From assembly GCA_963712275.1 (NCBI GenBank), contig CAVQHD010000001.1:320001-384000 (forward strand): a stretch of DNA of 64,000 nucleotides, written 5' to 3'. Of this stretch, positions 12,701 through 21,079 are shown piece by piece. The position numbers and the translations under genes were made by a program. This stretch comes from an uncultured Rhabdochlamydiaceae bacterium. GTDB taxonomy: Bacteria; Chlamydiota; Chlamydiia; Chlamydiales; Rhabdochlamydiaceae. How positions within the stretch are numbered: the stretch's first letter is position 1; every line of letters begins with the position of its first letter. A model generated the notes under the pieces. The model was not told the DNA's origin. It was given only the letters and a program-made list of their open reading frames with translations, and ran no database searches.

Positions 12701-15700
12701 AGATCGCCGCATTGTTTGTGAGCACAATCCCAGAAAACTGCACCCCTCCTGCTCCATTTTGCGTAAAGGTACTCGAAAGCGAAGTCGAATTGCCGGCAAC
12801 GAGCGTCAGAAGGCCTGAGTTTGTGATGGTGAAAGGCCCCCCTCCACTCGTGATCAAGTTCCCATTAATTGAGAAAAGATTCCCTGTGAGCTGAACGCCT
12901 GCAGCTCCGCTTGTATTGAAATCTCCAGCATAAGTCGATGTTCCGCTGGCTCCGACCTGATTAATGGAGGCAGCTTTGATTCCCAAAGCAGAGATATTGG
13001 TTGCGCTGTTGATTGTGAGGGCCCCAAGGCGTGTCAAACTTCCCACTGCGCTGTCAAAGGTGATATTTCCGGTCCCTGCGGTTAACGCAAGACTTCCTGC
13101 CCCATCAACAGTATTAGCGAAGATGATGCTTCCTCCTCCTGTGCTAAGGGCTGTAGCGCCTGTTAATATCACTGCGCTTCCAAATTGAATGTTGTGGTTT
13201 GTCGTTGTGATCGATCCTGCCGATTGGACACTGCCTGCTCCACTTTGTGTAAAAGGGCCTGTCAAAGTAAAGACGGCAGGGGAAGAAAGAACGAGCGTCC
13301 CACTCACTGTTAAATTTGCTGGACCGGTATTTGTGGTATTAAGCGCGTTATTAAAGGTGACATTGGTGGCCGTAATTGAGAGGCCTGCGACTGTATTTAA
13401 ATTGACAACCCCATTAAACGTGGTAATGCCTGTTCCTGCACTCTGATCGAAAGCCCCGAGAGTAAGCGCGCTTGCTGTAAAGTTATTTGTTGAATTCACA
13501 GTCATAGTTCCAAGGCGCGTGACAGCTCCAACAGCGCCTGTAAAGGTGATATTTCCATTCCCAACGTTTAAAGTTAAATTCTGGCTTCCGTTAACAGTTT
13601 TGGAGAAGAAAATATTTCCGGTTCCGGCTCCTGTATTCAAAGAAGTCACACCCCCTAAAGTCACAGGGGGTCCAAAAGAGATATTTTGACCATTAGTCAT
13701 TATAGTCCCTGCAAGGGTTGTTGTCCCTGCACCCGCATCGATAAAAGCTCCATTAATTGACAAAATCAGGCCGTTTGCAATGGTGAGCAGTCCAGAGTGC
13801 GTGATCGAAAGGGGTCCACTATTTGTCGTTGTGATACCGGCATTGAGTGTAAAATTTGTCCCTGTGAGCGAAATACCGGAAGCGCTGGTTGTGCTCACAG
13901 CTCCATTAAAAGTTGTTGTGCCTGTTCCTGCGCTTTGCGTGATTGAACCTGCTGAGATGGCATTTGCCGTTACATTTGCTGCGCTGGAGATTGTGAGAGA
14001 AGCGGGAGGAGTTGTTCCACCGACAGCGCCGGTCAATGTTATGACCCCTGTTCCTCCGGTTAGCGTTAGCACTTGCCCTGCTCCATCCACAGTACTGTTA
14101 AAGGAGATATTGGCATTAGTCGATGTGATATTGCTTGTACCGATTAAGTTGACAGGACTGGGGAATATTAGGGGATTTGCTCCTGAGACGGTGATGCTTC
14201 CAATTTGAATGAGCCCGGCGCTTGTAAAGACAAGATTGGTCAGTGGAGTAGTTGCTCCGATGGAGTCTCCAAAAGAGATCGTTCCTCCAGTTCCTGCCCG
14301 AAGGGTCAAAACCGTTGCCCCATTAATGGTTCCGTTGGAAAAACTAATAGAGGCTCCTGCCGGGGTCCCGCCGTTATTTGTCGTATCAAAAGTGGGGTTC
14401 CCCGCGATGGTAATGGCTCCTTGTACACCAATGGCCTGACCGCTTGTCGTAATATTCCCATTGATGCTGACAGCAGTAGAACCGAAGTAGGCTACCTGTC
14501 CGGTTGTTGTGACTGTTGAACTTTGGATGATTGACGCCGTCGAGAATATGGTCAAACTCGATAAAGGCGTGAGCGACCCGACAGCGCCACTTAGCGTCAC
14601 AACTCCGGCTGTTCCTCCTTTTAAAACTAAGCTCTGCGCTCCGTCAAGGGTGCTGGAAAAACTGATATTGGCTCCTGCCGAAGTCCCGCCGCCATTGGTT
14701 GTATCAAAGGTTGGGGACGTTGTGAGGCTGACAGGCCCTGTCATGGTAATGATCCCGCCGCTTGTCGTGATATTTCCATTGACGTTGATGGCGGTAGAGC
14801 CGGTGTAGCTTAATGCTCCGGTTGTTCTTGCCGTTGAACTTTGCGTGATGGTCGCTGCTGTCGCTGCCAGGCTTCCTACAGGCGTGGTACCTCCAACAGC
14901 GCCGGTAAAGGTCGTTATCCCTGTTCCTCCGGTCAGCGTCAGCGCCTGAGCGCCATTTAGAGTGCTGTTAAAGGAGATATTGGCATTATTAGAAGTAATG
15001 TTACTAGTTCCGGTTAAACTGACAGGACTTGGAAACGTCAGGGGATTTGCTCCTGTCATCGTAATATTATTTCCAATCTGAATGAGTGCAGCACTTGTAA
15101 AGGAGAGGTTTGTTAAAGGAGTTATCCCCCCAACAGCACCTGTAAAAGAAACAGTTCCTCCTGTTCCTGCCCGAAGTGTCAAGGCCGTTGCCCCATCGAG
15201 TGTGTTAGAAAAACTAATGTTAGCACCTGAGGAAGACGCTCCTGCGTTCGTCGTGTCAAAGGTGATCGGGGTGTTCGTGATGTCAACGAGCCCTGCCATG
15301 GTAATGCTGCCGCCACTTGTCGTGATATTTCCATTGATGTTGCTGAAGACAGAAGCCGTGTAGCTTAACGCTCCGGTTGTTCTTACCGTCGAACTTTGTG
15401 TAATGTTTTTTGCCGTTACGGTTAAACTTGTTAAAGGTGTCGTCCCTCCAACAGCATCAGAAAACTGCGCCCCCCCTGTTCCTGCTACTATAGTCAGGGC
15501 TTGTGCTCCATTCAAGATGGTACTAAAGTTGATAACGGCATTTAAGTTAGAGGTGATCACGCTTGTCCCTATCAAGCTAACAGGGCATGGAAACCCCAGC
15601 GAACTTGCTGACACCGTGATATTACTGCCGATCTGAATGAGGTTCGCGGAGATAAACGAAAGGTCTATTGGAGGAGCAGTATTTCCCACTGCTCCGCCAA

Positions 15701-18086
15701 ATGTTATAGTTCCACCCGTTCCAGCCGTGATCGCAACTGGCGTCGCACCATTCAACGTACTTGTGAAGTCGATATTCGCCCCAGCTGGCGTCCCTCCTAA
15801 ATTCGTACTATCAAAAGAAGTCGGGAAGCCACTGGCAACAACAGGCCCTGTCATTGTAATCGCGCCGCCGCTAGTTGTGACATTACTGCCCCCAATGTTA
15901 ATAGCGGTTGTGCCTATATAGCTAAAAGCTCCTGTTGTTTTTGCACTTGAGCTTTGTGTGATGGTCGCAGCTGTTGCAGATAAACTCGACAAAGGTGTAA
16001 CTCCACCAACCGCCCCGCTAAATGTTACAGTTCCACCCGTTCCAGCTCGGATCGAAACTGGCGCCCCACCATTCAACGTACTTGTGAAGTTGATATTCGC
16101 CCCAGCTGGCGCCCCTCCTGCATCCGTGCTATCGAAAGTCGGGCTGCCGCTGACGACAACAGGCCCCGTCATTGTAATCGCGTTGCCGGCAGTCGTAACA
16201 TTACCTCCGATGTTAATAGCGGTTGTCCCTGTATAACTAAGAGCTCCTCCTACTGTTGCGGCAGTTGAGCTTTGCGTGATAGTCGCACCAGTAGCTGTAA
16301 GGGTTAAGATAGGTGTTGCTCCACCAACAGCGCCAGTTAGCGTCACAACCCCGCTTGTTCCTCCAGTTAAAGTTAAAATTTGATTACCATCGACTGTATT
16401 CGAAAAGGTAATATTGCCACCTGCAGGAGAGCCTCCACCATTCGTTGTATCAAGAGTTACACTCTCCTCTAAAGTGACCACCCCATTTAAAGCAATCGCT
16501 CCACCCTTTGTTGTGATCGATCCATTGATAAAGAGGATGAGGCCCCCACTTGGAGCTCCTGTTCCTGCGGTTAAGGTTAGACCGACCCCCGGTGTCGTCA
16601 TTGCTATCGGACTCTCAATTTCAATGACTGAGTTACTTGCATTTTGCGCACAAATCGCTACATTGCTTGCCGAGCCTGTAAAAGCTGTAGGATCAATAGT
16701 AAATGGTCCACCAGTTCCACAGTTTGGCGAAGAGACATCAGCTAAAGCTGCACCTCCTCCAGTCGCAATAATGACAAGGCCGGGATCTAGCAGCCACTCC
16801 CCAAACTTTCCATGTGGAGCAGACGTGTCGACAAAGCCGGTCTGAACATCAAGCCCTATTTTCCCCGATGTTTCAACAAATCCCCCGTCACCTCCTTCAG
16901 GCCCGCCTCGGGCGCAGATCTTGCCGTTAAAATAAGTCGCGCCATCTGCCCAAACAATGACTTTTCCTCCATCTCCTATCCTCAATGCATCGGCAAACAC
17001 ACATGTTTCTGCGTCGAAAACTGTCTCAAGCGCTGGTCTGATATTGCCTTTTCCCTGGTAGTCTCCTCCGATGAAGGCCACTCCTCCACCAGCATCTCCA
17101 GAAACATCGATCTGGGCCCCTTTCAAATGAACATAGTCTCCTAGAAGATGGACCGTTCCTCCTTTTTCATTCTCTTGTCGATTGGAAGCGTCGATTGTGC
17201 CTTCAGCAATAACTCGTGCATGGGGTCCGCTATCAATATGGACTGTATCGGCAGCAATGCAACTGCCTGCGACAAGATGAATAACTCCACCGACTTCTTC
17301 TATCTCGGCCGCCGCAATGGCGCCATCAGTATTGACGACCATTTTAATCGCTTTTTGCGCAGTCCGCATCGAAAGTTCAACAGAGCCCCGAGCTGATTCA
17401 ATCGTGCCATAGTTTGCAATCAGAGCCTCTTCGAGCTCTCCGTCCACGGCAAATTGGATCAGGCCATCTCCTGCCAAGTCGAGCGTAACGCGCTCTGCCG
17501 AGGCTAAAATAATTTTCTCAGCCCTAGCTAGAATGGTGCCGTGGTTTTGGATGATGGGGGCAAAAAAAGCAACAAAACCTTCGGGACTAGCAGCGATGGT
17601 TCCTTCATTGATGATCTGTGCTTTTTCAGCCCCTGGTTCTAGGAAGAAATGGTACTTGTCATTTAAAAAATCTTCATCCCGAATGTTCAAGGTCGAAGCT
17701 AGAAAAGAAGCTGCATTAACAGTCGCCTTTGGGCCTATATAAATGCCATTTGGATTTACGAGAAAAACACGGCCATTCGCACTCAGTTTACCTAGAAGTT
17801 TACTTGGATCTCCCCCTTTGACACGATTTAAAACGATCGATTTTCTTGAGGGTTGAACAAACTCAACGTGCTCCCCGTCTCCGATGTTAAATTTTTGGAA
17901 GTTAATGATCGCTTTATTAGAAGTTGTGACTTTAAGAGAGGATGGATCTCCAGAAGAAAAATCGGCCTGGCCGGCTGCAACCTCACCCTGCTGCGGCAAA
18001 GCAACAAGAGTCGACGATATCATCAACGTAAAGATTTGCGCCCAAATGGAGTTTTGCAACTGGCTCATTAGATACGTCTTTTTCAA
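3777..18086 (-). CDS. Giant filamentous haemagglutinin-like TpsA exoprotein (4769 aa)
   Basis: N-terminal TPS domain (LPQQGEVAAG, IINFQKFNIG, VLNRVKGGDPS, FLVNPNGI, GGDGGFVETSG, GEWLLDP) followed by >4000 aa of Gly/Thr/Ser/Asn-rich beta-helix repeats; TTG start overlaps the TpsB stop. Confidence 0.92.
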   Translation of the reverse strand: MKKTYLMSQLQNSIWAQIFTLMISSTLVALPQQGEVAAGQADFSSGDPSSLKVTTSNKAIINFQKFNIGDGEHVEFVQPSRKSIVLNRVKGGDPSKLLGKLSANGRVFLVNPNGIYIGPKATVNAASFLASTLNIRDEDFLNDKYHFFLEPGAEKAQIINEGTIAASPEGFVAFFAPIIQNHGTILARAEKIILASAERVTLDLAGDGLIQFAVDGELEEALIANYGTIESARGSVELSMRTAQKAIKMVVNTDGAIAAAEIEEVGGVIHLVAGSCIAADTVHIDSGPHARVIAEGTIDASNRQENEKGGTVHLLGDYVHLKGAQIDVSGDAGGGVAFIGGDYQGKGNIRPALETVFDAETCVFADALRIGDGGKVIVWADGATYFNGKICARGGPEGGDGGFVETSGKIGLDVQTGFVDTSAPHGKFGEWLLDPGLVIIATGGGAALADVSSPNCGTGGPFTIDPTAFTGSASNVAICAQNASNSVIEIESPIAMTTPGVGLTLTAGTGAPSGGLILFINGSITTKGGAIALNGVVTLEESVTLDTTNGGGSPAGGNITFSNTVDGNQILTLTGGTSGVVTLTGAVGGATPILTLTATGATITQSSTAATVGGALSYTGTTAINIGGNVTTAGNAITMTGPVVVSGSPTFDSTDAGGAPAGANINFTSTLNGGAPVSIRAGTGGTVTFSGAVGGVTPLSSLSATAATITQSSSAKTTGAFSYIGTTAINIGGSNVTTSGGAITMTGPVVASGFPTSFDSTNLGGTPAGANIDFTSTLNGATPVAITAGTGGTITFGGAVGNTAPPIDLSFISANLIQIGSNITVSASSLGFPCPVSLIGTSVITSNLNAVINFSTILNGAQALTIVAGTGGAQFSDAVGGTTPLTSLTVTAKNITQSSTVRTTGALSYTASVFSNINGNITTSGGSITMAGLVDITNTPITFDTTNAGASSSGANISFSNTLDGATALTLRAGTGGTVSFTGAVGGITPLTNLSFTSAALIQIGNNITMTGANPLTFPSPVSLTGTSNITSNNANISFNSTLNGAQALTLTGGTGITTFTGAVGGTTPVGSLAATAATITQSSTARTTGALSYTGSTAINVNGNITTSGGIITMTGPVSLTTSPTFDTTNGGGTSAGANISFSSTLDGAQSLVLKGGTAGVVTLSGAVGSLTPLSSLTIFSTASIIQSSTVTTTGQVAYFGSTAVSINGNITTSGQAIGVQGAITIAGNPTFDTTNNGGTPAGASISFSNGTINGATVLTLRAGTGGTISFGDSIGATTPLTNLVFTSAGLIQIGSITVSGANPLIFPSPVNLIGTSNITSTNANISFNSTVDGAGQVLTLTGGTGVITLTGAVGGTTPPASLTISSAANVTANAISAGSITQSAGTGTTTFNGAVSTTSASGISLTGTNFTLNAGITTTNSGPLSITHSGLLTIANGLILSINGAFIDAGAGTTTLAGTIMTNGQNISFGPPVTLGGVTSLNTGAGTGNIFFSKTVNGSQNLTLNVGNGNITFTGAVGAVTRLGTMTVNSTNNFTASALTLGAFDQSAGTGITTFNGVVNLNTVAGLSITATNVTFNNALNTTNTGPANLTVSGTLVLSSPAVFTLTGPFTQSGAGSVQSAGSITTTNHNIQFGSAVILTGATALSTGGGSIIFANTVDGAGSLALTAGTGNITFDSAVGSLTRLGALTINSATNISALGIKAASINQVGASGTSTYAGDFNTSGAAGVQLTGNLFSINGNLITSGGGPFTITNSGLLTLVAGNSTSLSSTFTQNGAGGVQFSGIVLTNNAAISFASPMTLTGASTLNSGVGAGSITLSSTVDGAETLTLSSGTGNTTLGGDLGDSVPLTDILINHAGVVSTQKITASSFTQASGSVSTTFNGAVQTSTATGISLTGTAFTFDNNVTTTGGGPLTVNNSALLSFASGTVGTIAGAFSQTTAGGVSLAGSITTGGIISIAGPITIAGTATLSTAAASQNITLSNTVDGSNNLTIAAGGGSLTISGAVGSITPLGTLTISSADNVSTQGITAASIVQSAGTGTTTLTGNLNTSAIGGINLTGAAFTLNGSVITTASGPFLIHHTAPSSLTFGASTLLSGPFTESGTGAISLAGTLHASDSNITFANAILLTQGATLNSDGGGDILISSTVDGDQNLNLTAGTGNITISAAIGGTTPINALTINSANNVTTQAISAASITQLEGSGTSTFNGNLTTSGAAGIALTGNNITQNGSVTTTGGGAFTVTNSGLFIGGAATVSGAYLQNGTGAVQIAGTITTNTSSITLDGATTLTGPATFDSSAGSGNITFGSTIDSGGTPEPLTLNAASGNIAISGAVGSISSLGVLTIQSADNLTFSSSVAASSMAASSMTGTALFNGTVATSASAGIVLSGNALTFNQNVTTSAGGVMTVTNSGLFTIANGKTFSLSGAFTQNGAGSVSSGGSITTANGAISFASALTLTAPVALNSGAGGSNITLDGAVDGAQTFTLTAGAGNIDLQGTIGQTTPLTGMTIPSAATILVNANATMAGPLTITSATGPTTFNGTVTATAMNLTGTAVTFNNTVTTTTGSIAIANSGTLTVPSTAPISASTSFTQTGSGGVSLGANITTAGALSIASSITFTHGVIFNSGGGNITLSNGGGGAFDVTLTAGAGDIMIGGDLGSPRIGVFTITSAQDVVVQSITAASVTQLSGSGTSTLNGDLDTNTASGITLTGNNFIGNGTINTTNGGPLTVTNSGLLTGTGSSMVTLNGGGAFTQNGTGLVNLGGTVTTQNATISHTSPVAVLIAATFTSNGGNIVFMNTVNGPACLTTDAGTGNVQFEAPVGAITPLGCLTATGAQIFQTSSLQSTGAVNETTTVGSFVGGNITTNGSDITFTGNLVTQTSLEISTGGGAGNISVSGTVNGSTAGQNLTLETTTGNITLSGSTGSGTPFNNLTLGADNITWGNLGSPGTGVTGTTSVTATANINFTGTSYNGSNQTYTAGALSNFNFTAGVATSVSSNASPITFASGTIQLNNDLTLNSSGATITMGDLLGTGFNFTVNAGVGAYNFMQIGALGQDLNDVTLTSNHFTPTPVLGTNVFAASLNVNSSTPVTISSNQTITNLTYNSPVIFQGNIQYTCGTSGTITFNDTVDANTAGVDTLSFDFSTCPGSVIFNAPIGSVAPLASLSVNAAIDVMVNSTIDVGAFSVTNGTGTTTLQSGITSTAVGGIAITTPTINLAGSITTASGGGVVLDNSGALTVTPGASFGISGSFQQTGAGSVSISGTIATDDAAIEFTGPVTLSGNMTLSSMVATGGDISFASTIQGTSSIVLTAGSGDITFGGGVGLLATPVHDLQIISARNVTASSSIFAHTLTQFAGTALTTFDGTLSTIDVGGIQLTGSAFTFDNNVTTTNGGPVIITNSGALTVSSATYSIAGAWTQNGTGSSTIAGTITTGGAISFARGVTLSGTTALDASSNSQNITFSSTLTNDLVTAHNLTLNAGGGNILFSGSVGTTPIGALVISNAKNVTAGAISASSISQVAGTGMTTITGNLATSGVLGINLVGTNFNINDTVTTTNGGPFSLTNTGPLSLTLGNGTMIGGSFTQSGGGAVSLAGTIATSNQNISFANAITLAGSTVLSSGPGAGTITLSNTVDGGQTLSLTAGTGNIIFGGNLGATTPLGNLVVNTVQNITYPIVNASSIVQAASTGTTTITGPLSTTGASGVSIMGGVINQMGSITTTGGGPVLLINTGTLTIAGATTASGSYTQSGGGSVNLGAAVATTNNTISFANPVTLTADVAVHSGPINGNITFTATIQGAHSLTIHADAGTITLGGNVGGITPLTSLVLDKAGNISTQGIIAGSITQNMGTGTTTFNGALLASGATGITLQGTAFTFNNTVTTSSGPLVLTNSGLATFNAAAVGSISGALTQNGAGTVQLSSSITAGGVVTFSAPVLTSGTASLDTHVASEPITFLNTVDGPGNLTLATGTNDITFSGNAGSVMPLGALQITTARNVTAAGIKAASIVQMAGTGTTTLTGNLNTSGASGINLTGTTFALNGSVITTASGPFLIHHTALSSLTFGSSTLLSGPFTETGSGIISLAGTLHASNSNISFANPITLTQTTTLNSDGGGDILISNTVDGNQTLNLIAGTGNITFLAAVGGITPINSITISSANNVSAQAISAGFITQVAGSGLTTFNGALATTNMNGINLTGSQFTFDASVSTLGSGPVQVTNTGLLTLSAAAPMSLTGSFSQLGIGAVSLCDTITTSGAAILFTGPVTLCNTVNLSTSGAATNITFLNTITGLQNLNLQAGLGDITFAQNVGPLGAFQVTNEKIFTSQSITATSILLSGVSMAATVSGNLTTSGPSGITLSGAAFTLNGNETTTGGGPFTATNSGLLTFASNAVLSIDGPFLQNGTGHVTGGGSLTTNNQPIQFQARYDLTGNLAISAGSTGADITIEEIEGSFNLTLDAQAGDVTINQVIGDATPLVNFTVTSAHDINLNGVGTATAGVTGALTLNASNNINLANTVYTANTQAYSAGSDINFNAGAQTNLTSFGTPIAFTSGMAILSMSNDLNVITNNGTFSFVSIVGTSFENIMINTGTGLAALSAIHSLGTINNFFVNAGQVTFSAPIDPVNVNIVSLGAISNTGAPVLITSVNTSNFNALGGNVGSLTSPILVNSSNQIFAGAGGSSRSLADFDGTSIDNTVHPIPSNPPCTLIFNGVVLQDCAPAPIPPAPPVVVIIPSFPFAVPGMDSSYFNLASDYFFKSYFFDDTYLRKETAVYYR
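18033..18066. repeat. Family A palindromic element, half copy, inside the TpsA signal peptide
   Basis: GGAGTTTTGCAACTGGCTC (18048-18066) is identical to the arm ending at 19860 and at 28373; the adjacent GATTTG..CAAA resembles their loop. Confidence 0.75.
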
Positions 18087-19756
18087 AACGGCTGCCCTGT
18101 TAACTTAATGTAAGTAAATGCGCTTCTTGTAAAATCTCTATGATTCAATGGGAACCCCACATCAATACTTAAAGTCAGCGTGTAGGGACCATTGATTCTC
18201 AATCCTAATCCGCTACCCCATAGAAATGTGTTTTCTTCCGACTTTAAAAATGCCCCGCCGTGATCGAGAAAAACATCAAACTGAAGAATATCCTTCCATT
18301 TTTTCTTTAGATTAAAAACATTTTTATCTGCAAGAAAAGGAGGAGGAAGACGAAATTCAAAATTCAAATAATAACCGCTATCACCCAAGGCAACAGCTAA
18401 AGGGAACCCGCGTACTGTGTCACTGCCTCCAATATAAAGCTGCTCGGGAAGGGTCAGCTTGCTTGGGCTGAGTTGTCCAGTGCCATGAAAATAGAAGAAA
18501 CAATCTTTGGGTAAATGTTGCAGCCTGTCGTAGTCGATGTTGAATTTAAAAAATCGGCCGCCGCCCCCTTTGCGAGAGCTTGAGCGATCCACTGCTTTCA
18601 ATCCGCCGAGGAAATTGGGAATCCCTCCTGCGACCCGAACGGTCAGATAATCTCTTCCTTTCGAAGGAATATAATGGTCGAGTAGAGAGCCAACTGTGAG
18701 AGTCCGAAGCTTATCAAAAGAGGTGCGATGATTGAGGACAAAGTTTTGAATCTGCTTATAATCAAAGTACGAAAAAAAATCGACACTGAAAAATCGGCCT
18801 CTAAGCCAAGCTTGATTAACTTTGAATGTCGCAATGTTGGAAATTCCCTTTAGATGAAGGCTTGTAAGCTCTTCGATCTTAAATTTTGAAAAAAGGTAGG
18901 CTCCTTCCAGCGACATCCCATTCCGATTGACGGGGATCGTATACACAACGTCGGTGAAATAAAGAGCATCGACAGGAAACCCTACCACTTCAGCAATGGA
19001 AAGCGTGTCTCCCTCAGCCATCAAGCTTCCCCAATCAAGCCTTCCCCCTGCTCGAACATTTGTCGTCAGATTCCTGCCATAGTTGTTTCCATTCAGATAG
19101 AGGTGAACAGGGCGTGCATCATTAACTCGTAAAATCACATCAGCGCAACCAAACTGCTTCCCTTTTTCAAACACAGCTCCCGCCATCAGATCACTATTTT
19201 CATTGAGAAGCATGAGAGAGCGTAAAAACTGACCGTACTGGAGCGGCTTATCTTGCAGAGAAGCAAAATAACTGCGGATAAACGATTCAGAGTAATGATG
19301 ATTGCCCACCACTTGAATATTTCCAAGCTTCCCTTCGATGACTTCGATGATGAGAGTCTCATTATCAATCGCTTGAGGAGGAGGGTAGGCACGGGCAAGA
19401 AAATACCCTTTTTTAGCGTAGTGCTGATCGATAATATGACATAGATCATAAATATCTTGAATCGTCAGCTCCTGATCCAAATACTCCTTGACCCACTGCA
19501 CAATTTCCTCTGTCGGGATTGATTCATTCCCCTGAACCTCAATTTGTCGAATGAAAACTGCCTTATTGGAACGCATTTTCAGATGTTTTTCTGGAATGTC
19601 GATTTGGATCGGAGGCATTTCTTTATCAGGCTCAAGAGGTTTAGCCTCATACTCTTTCTCAAGCTCCCGCTCCACAACCCCCGCAGAAGGGACAGGAGGC
19701 GGAAACGCAATTACCTGAGAAGTCAAAAATGTAAGAATAAAAAGGATGAAAATCAT
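18083..19756 (-). CDS. TpsB (ShlB/FhaC/HecB family) outer-membrane secretion/activation protein
   Basis: Signal peptide; POTRA motif HYAKKGYFLARAYPPPQ; IGGSDTVRGF motif; C-terminal Phe; directly upstream of TpsA. Confidence 0.92.
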   Translation of the reverse strand: MIFILFILTFLTSQVIAFPPPVPSAGVVERELEKEYEAKPLEPDKEMPPIQIDIPEKHLKMRSNKAVFIRQIEVQGNESIPTEEIVQWVKEYLDQELTIQDIYDLCHIIDQHYAKKGYFLARAYPPPQAIDNETLIIEVIEGKLGNIQVVGNHHYSESFIRSYFASLQDKPLQYGQFLRSLMLLNENSDLMAGAVFEKGKQFGCADVILRVNDARPVHLYLNGNNYGRNLTTNVRAGGRLDWGSLMAEGDTLSIAEVVGFPVDALYFTDVVYTIPVNRNGMSLEGAYLFSKFKIEELTSLHLKGISNIATFKVNQAWLRGRFFSVDFFSYFDYKQIQNFVLNHRTSFDKLRTLTVGSLLDHYIPSKGRDYLTVRVAGGIPNFLGGLKAVDRSSSRKGGGGRFFKFNIDYDRLQHLPKDCFFYFHGTGQLSPSKLTLPEQLYIGGSDTVRGFPLAVALGDSGYYLNFEFRLPPPFLADKNVFNLKKKWKDILQFDVFLDHGGAFLKSEENTFLWGSGLGLRINGPYTLTLSIDVGFPLNHRDFTRSAFTYIKLTGQPF

Positions 19757-19805
19757 TTTTTAGCACGTTACCAAAAAATATCTTCAGAAGACAAGAAAAA
19801 AATCT

Positions 19806-19861
19806 AGAGCCAGTTGCAAAACTCGCTTTGGAGGCCAAATTGGAGTTTTGCAACTGGCTCT
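19806..19861. repeat. Family A palindromic element, complete copy
   Basis: AGAGCCAGTTGCAAAACTC (19806-19824) / GAGTTTTGCAACTGGCTCT (19843-19861); CTAG at both ends; abuts the stop codon of the DUF1343 gene. Confidence 0.9.
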
Positions 19862-21079
19862 CTAGTATAATAAATAACGCTTTCGCTTTTCGCAAAACGC
19901 TTTTCTCTCATCCGAGTCTATGGAGGCCATTTTCCAACCTGGATATTGCTCACTTGAAAATAGGTCCCAAATACGCGTTGTTCCATTCACATGGCAAAAC
20001 ATCGCTTTCTTGTTGGCGGAGAGTTTTGTCAGCCTCATCAATACTTCGTGAGGATAGAGCGATTTGAGGATTCCCATGATTAAATAACCTGTCGTAACAG
20101 GACGAAATCTTCTTTTATCCGTCACAACCAGTCGAATGCCATGACACTCCTGTTGTTTGTAAGGTCCAAAAAACGGTTTAAAATGAAACGGCAAAAACTT
20201 AACGCCGGCAAGTTTTTGCCGATTTAAAGCAGCGGCAAGCTGATCGGCATCGATCCAGGGCGCCCCCACAATCTTAAAAGGCAGCGTATACCCCACCCCA
20301 ATGCTCACAAGTTCAAGCTCTCCTAGCAGCCCCGTTGCAGGATAATAAAAGGGGGTATCAATTTCAGGAATTTGCGGGCTGGTTGGAACCCATACCAGTC
20401 CTGTCTCTTCAAAGGACATCTCCCGTTTCCACCCTTTCATTGAGATGACCTTCAAGGAGCAGTGGGTTGCTGACTCGGCATTAAAAAACTGAGCAAGTTC
20501 GCCAATAGTCATCCCATGGCAATAAGGAACATTTAGGTAACTCACAAATGACTTTTGCCTTTCTTCAAGCAAAGGCCCATCTACAACGACTCCTCCCATA
20601 GGATTGGGTCGATCCAGCACAATCACTTGAATGCCCCGTTTTGCGGCCTCTTCCATCACATAATAGAGTGTCGTGGTATACGTATAGCTGCGAGCCCCAA
20701 CTTCCTGAATATCGTAGATAATTACATCGATTCCCTCGAGCATCTGATCTGTAGGTCTTCGATGATCCCCATGAAGACTGTAGCAAGGAATTTTTCCTTT
20801 TCCATCGACAACATGTTCACCCGCATAAGAAGAGCCTGCAAACCCGTGTTCCGGGGAGAACAAAGCGACAACTTGATAAGACCCCTCGTGCTCAATGAGT
20901 CGATCGACCGTTAACTTAAGCTCGCTATCAACCCCCGTGTGATTTGTCACAATCGCAACCCGCTTTCGATTTAGATCTGCAAGATACGATTCTTTTAAGA
21001 ACTGATCGACGCCCAGTTGTACTTTGGGCGCAGAGATAAGAGATGCACAAAACAGAAAGAATATAAGAATTATTTTCAT
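19862..21079 (-). CDS. DUF1343 / NamZ-like exo-beta-N-acetylmuramidase family protein
   Basis: VTNHTG, LFSPEHGF, YDIQEVGARSYTY, LDRPNPMGG, HGMTIGELA motifs; signal peptide. Confidence 0.85.
   Translation of the reverse strand: MKIILIFFLFCASLISAPKVQLGVDQFLKESYLADLNRKRVAIVTNHTGVDSELKLTVDRLIEHEGSYQVVALFSPEHGFAGSSYAGEHVVDGKGKIPCYSLHGDHRRPTDQMLEGIDVIIYDIQEVGARSYTYTTTLYYVMEEAAKRGIQVIVLDRPNPMGGVVVDGPLLEERQKSFVSYLNVPYCHGMTIGELAQFFNAESATHCSLKVISMKGWKREMSFEETGLVWVPTSPQIPEIDTPFYYPATGLLGELELVSIGVGYTLPFKIVGAPWIDADQLAAALNRQKLAGVKFLPFHFKPFFGPYKQQECHGIRLVVTDKRRFRPVTTGYLIMGILKSLYPHEVLMRLTKLSANKKAMFCHVNGTTRIWDLFSSEQYPGWKMASIDSDERKAFCEKRKRYLLY

Noticed and set aside
4021..17742. Many + strand ORFs of 60-200 aa opposite tpsA
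   Set aside because: Antisense shadows of the Gly/Thr/Ser-biased repeats; Pro/Val-rich with no motifs or RBS
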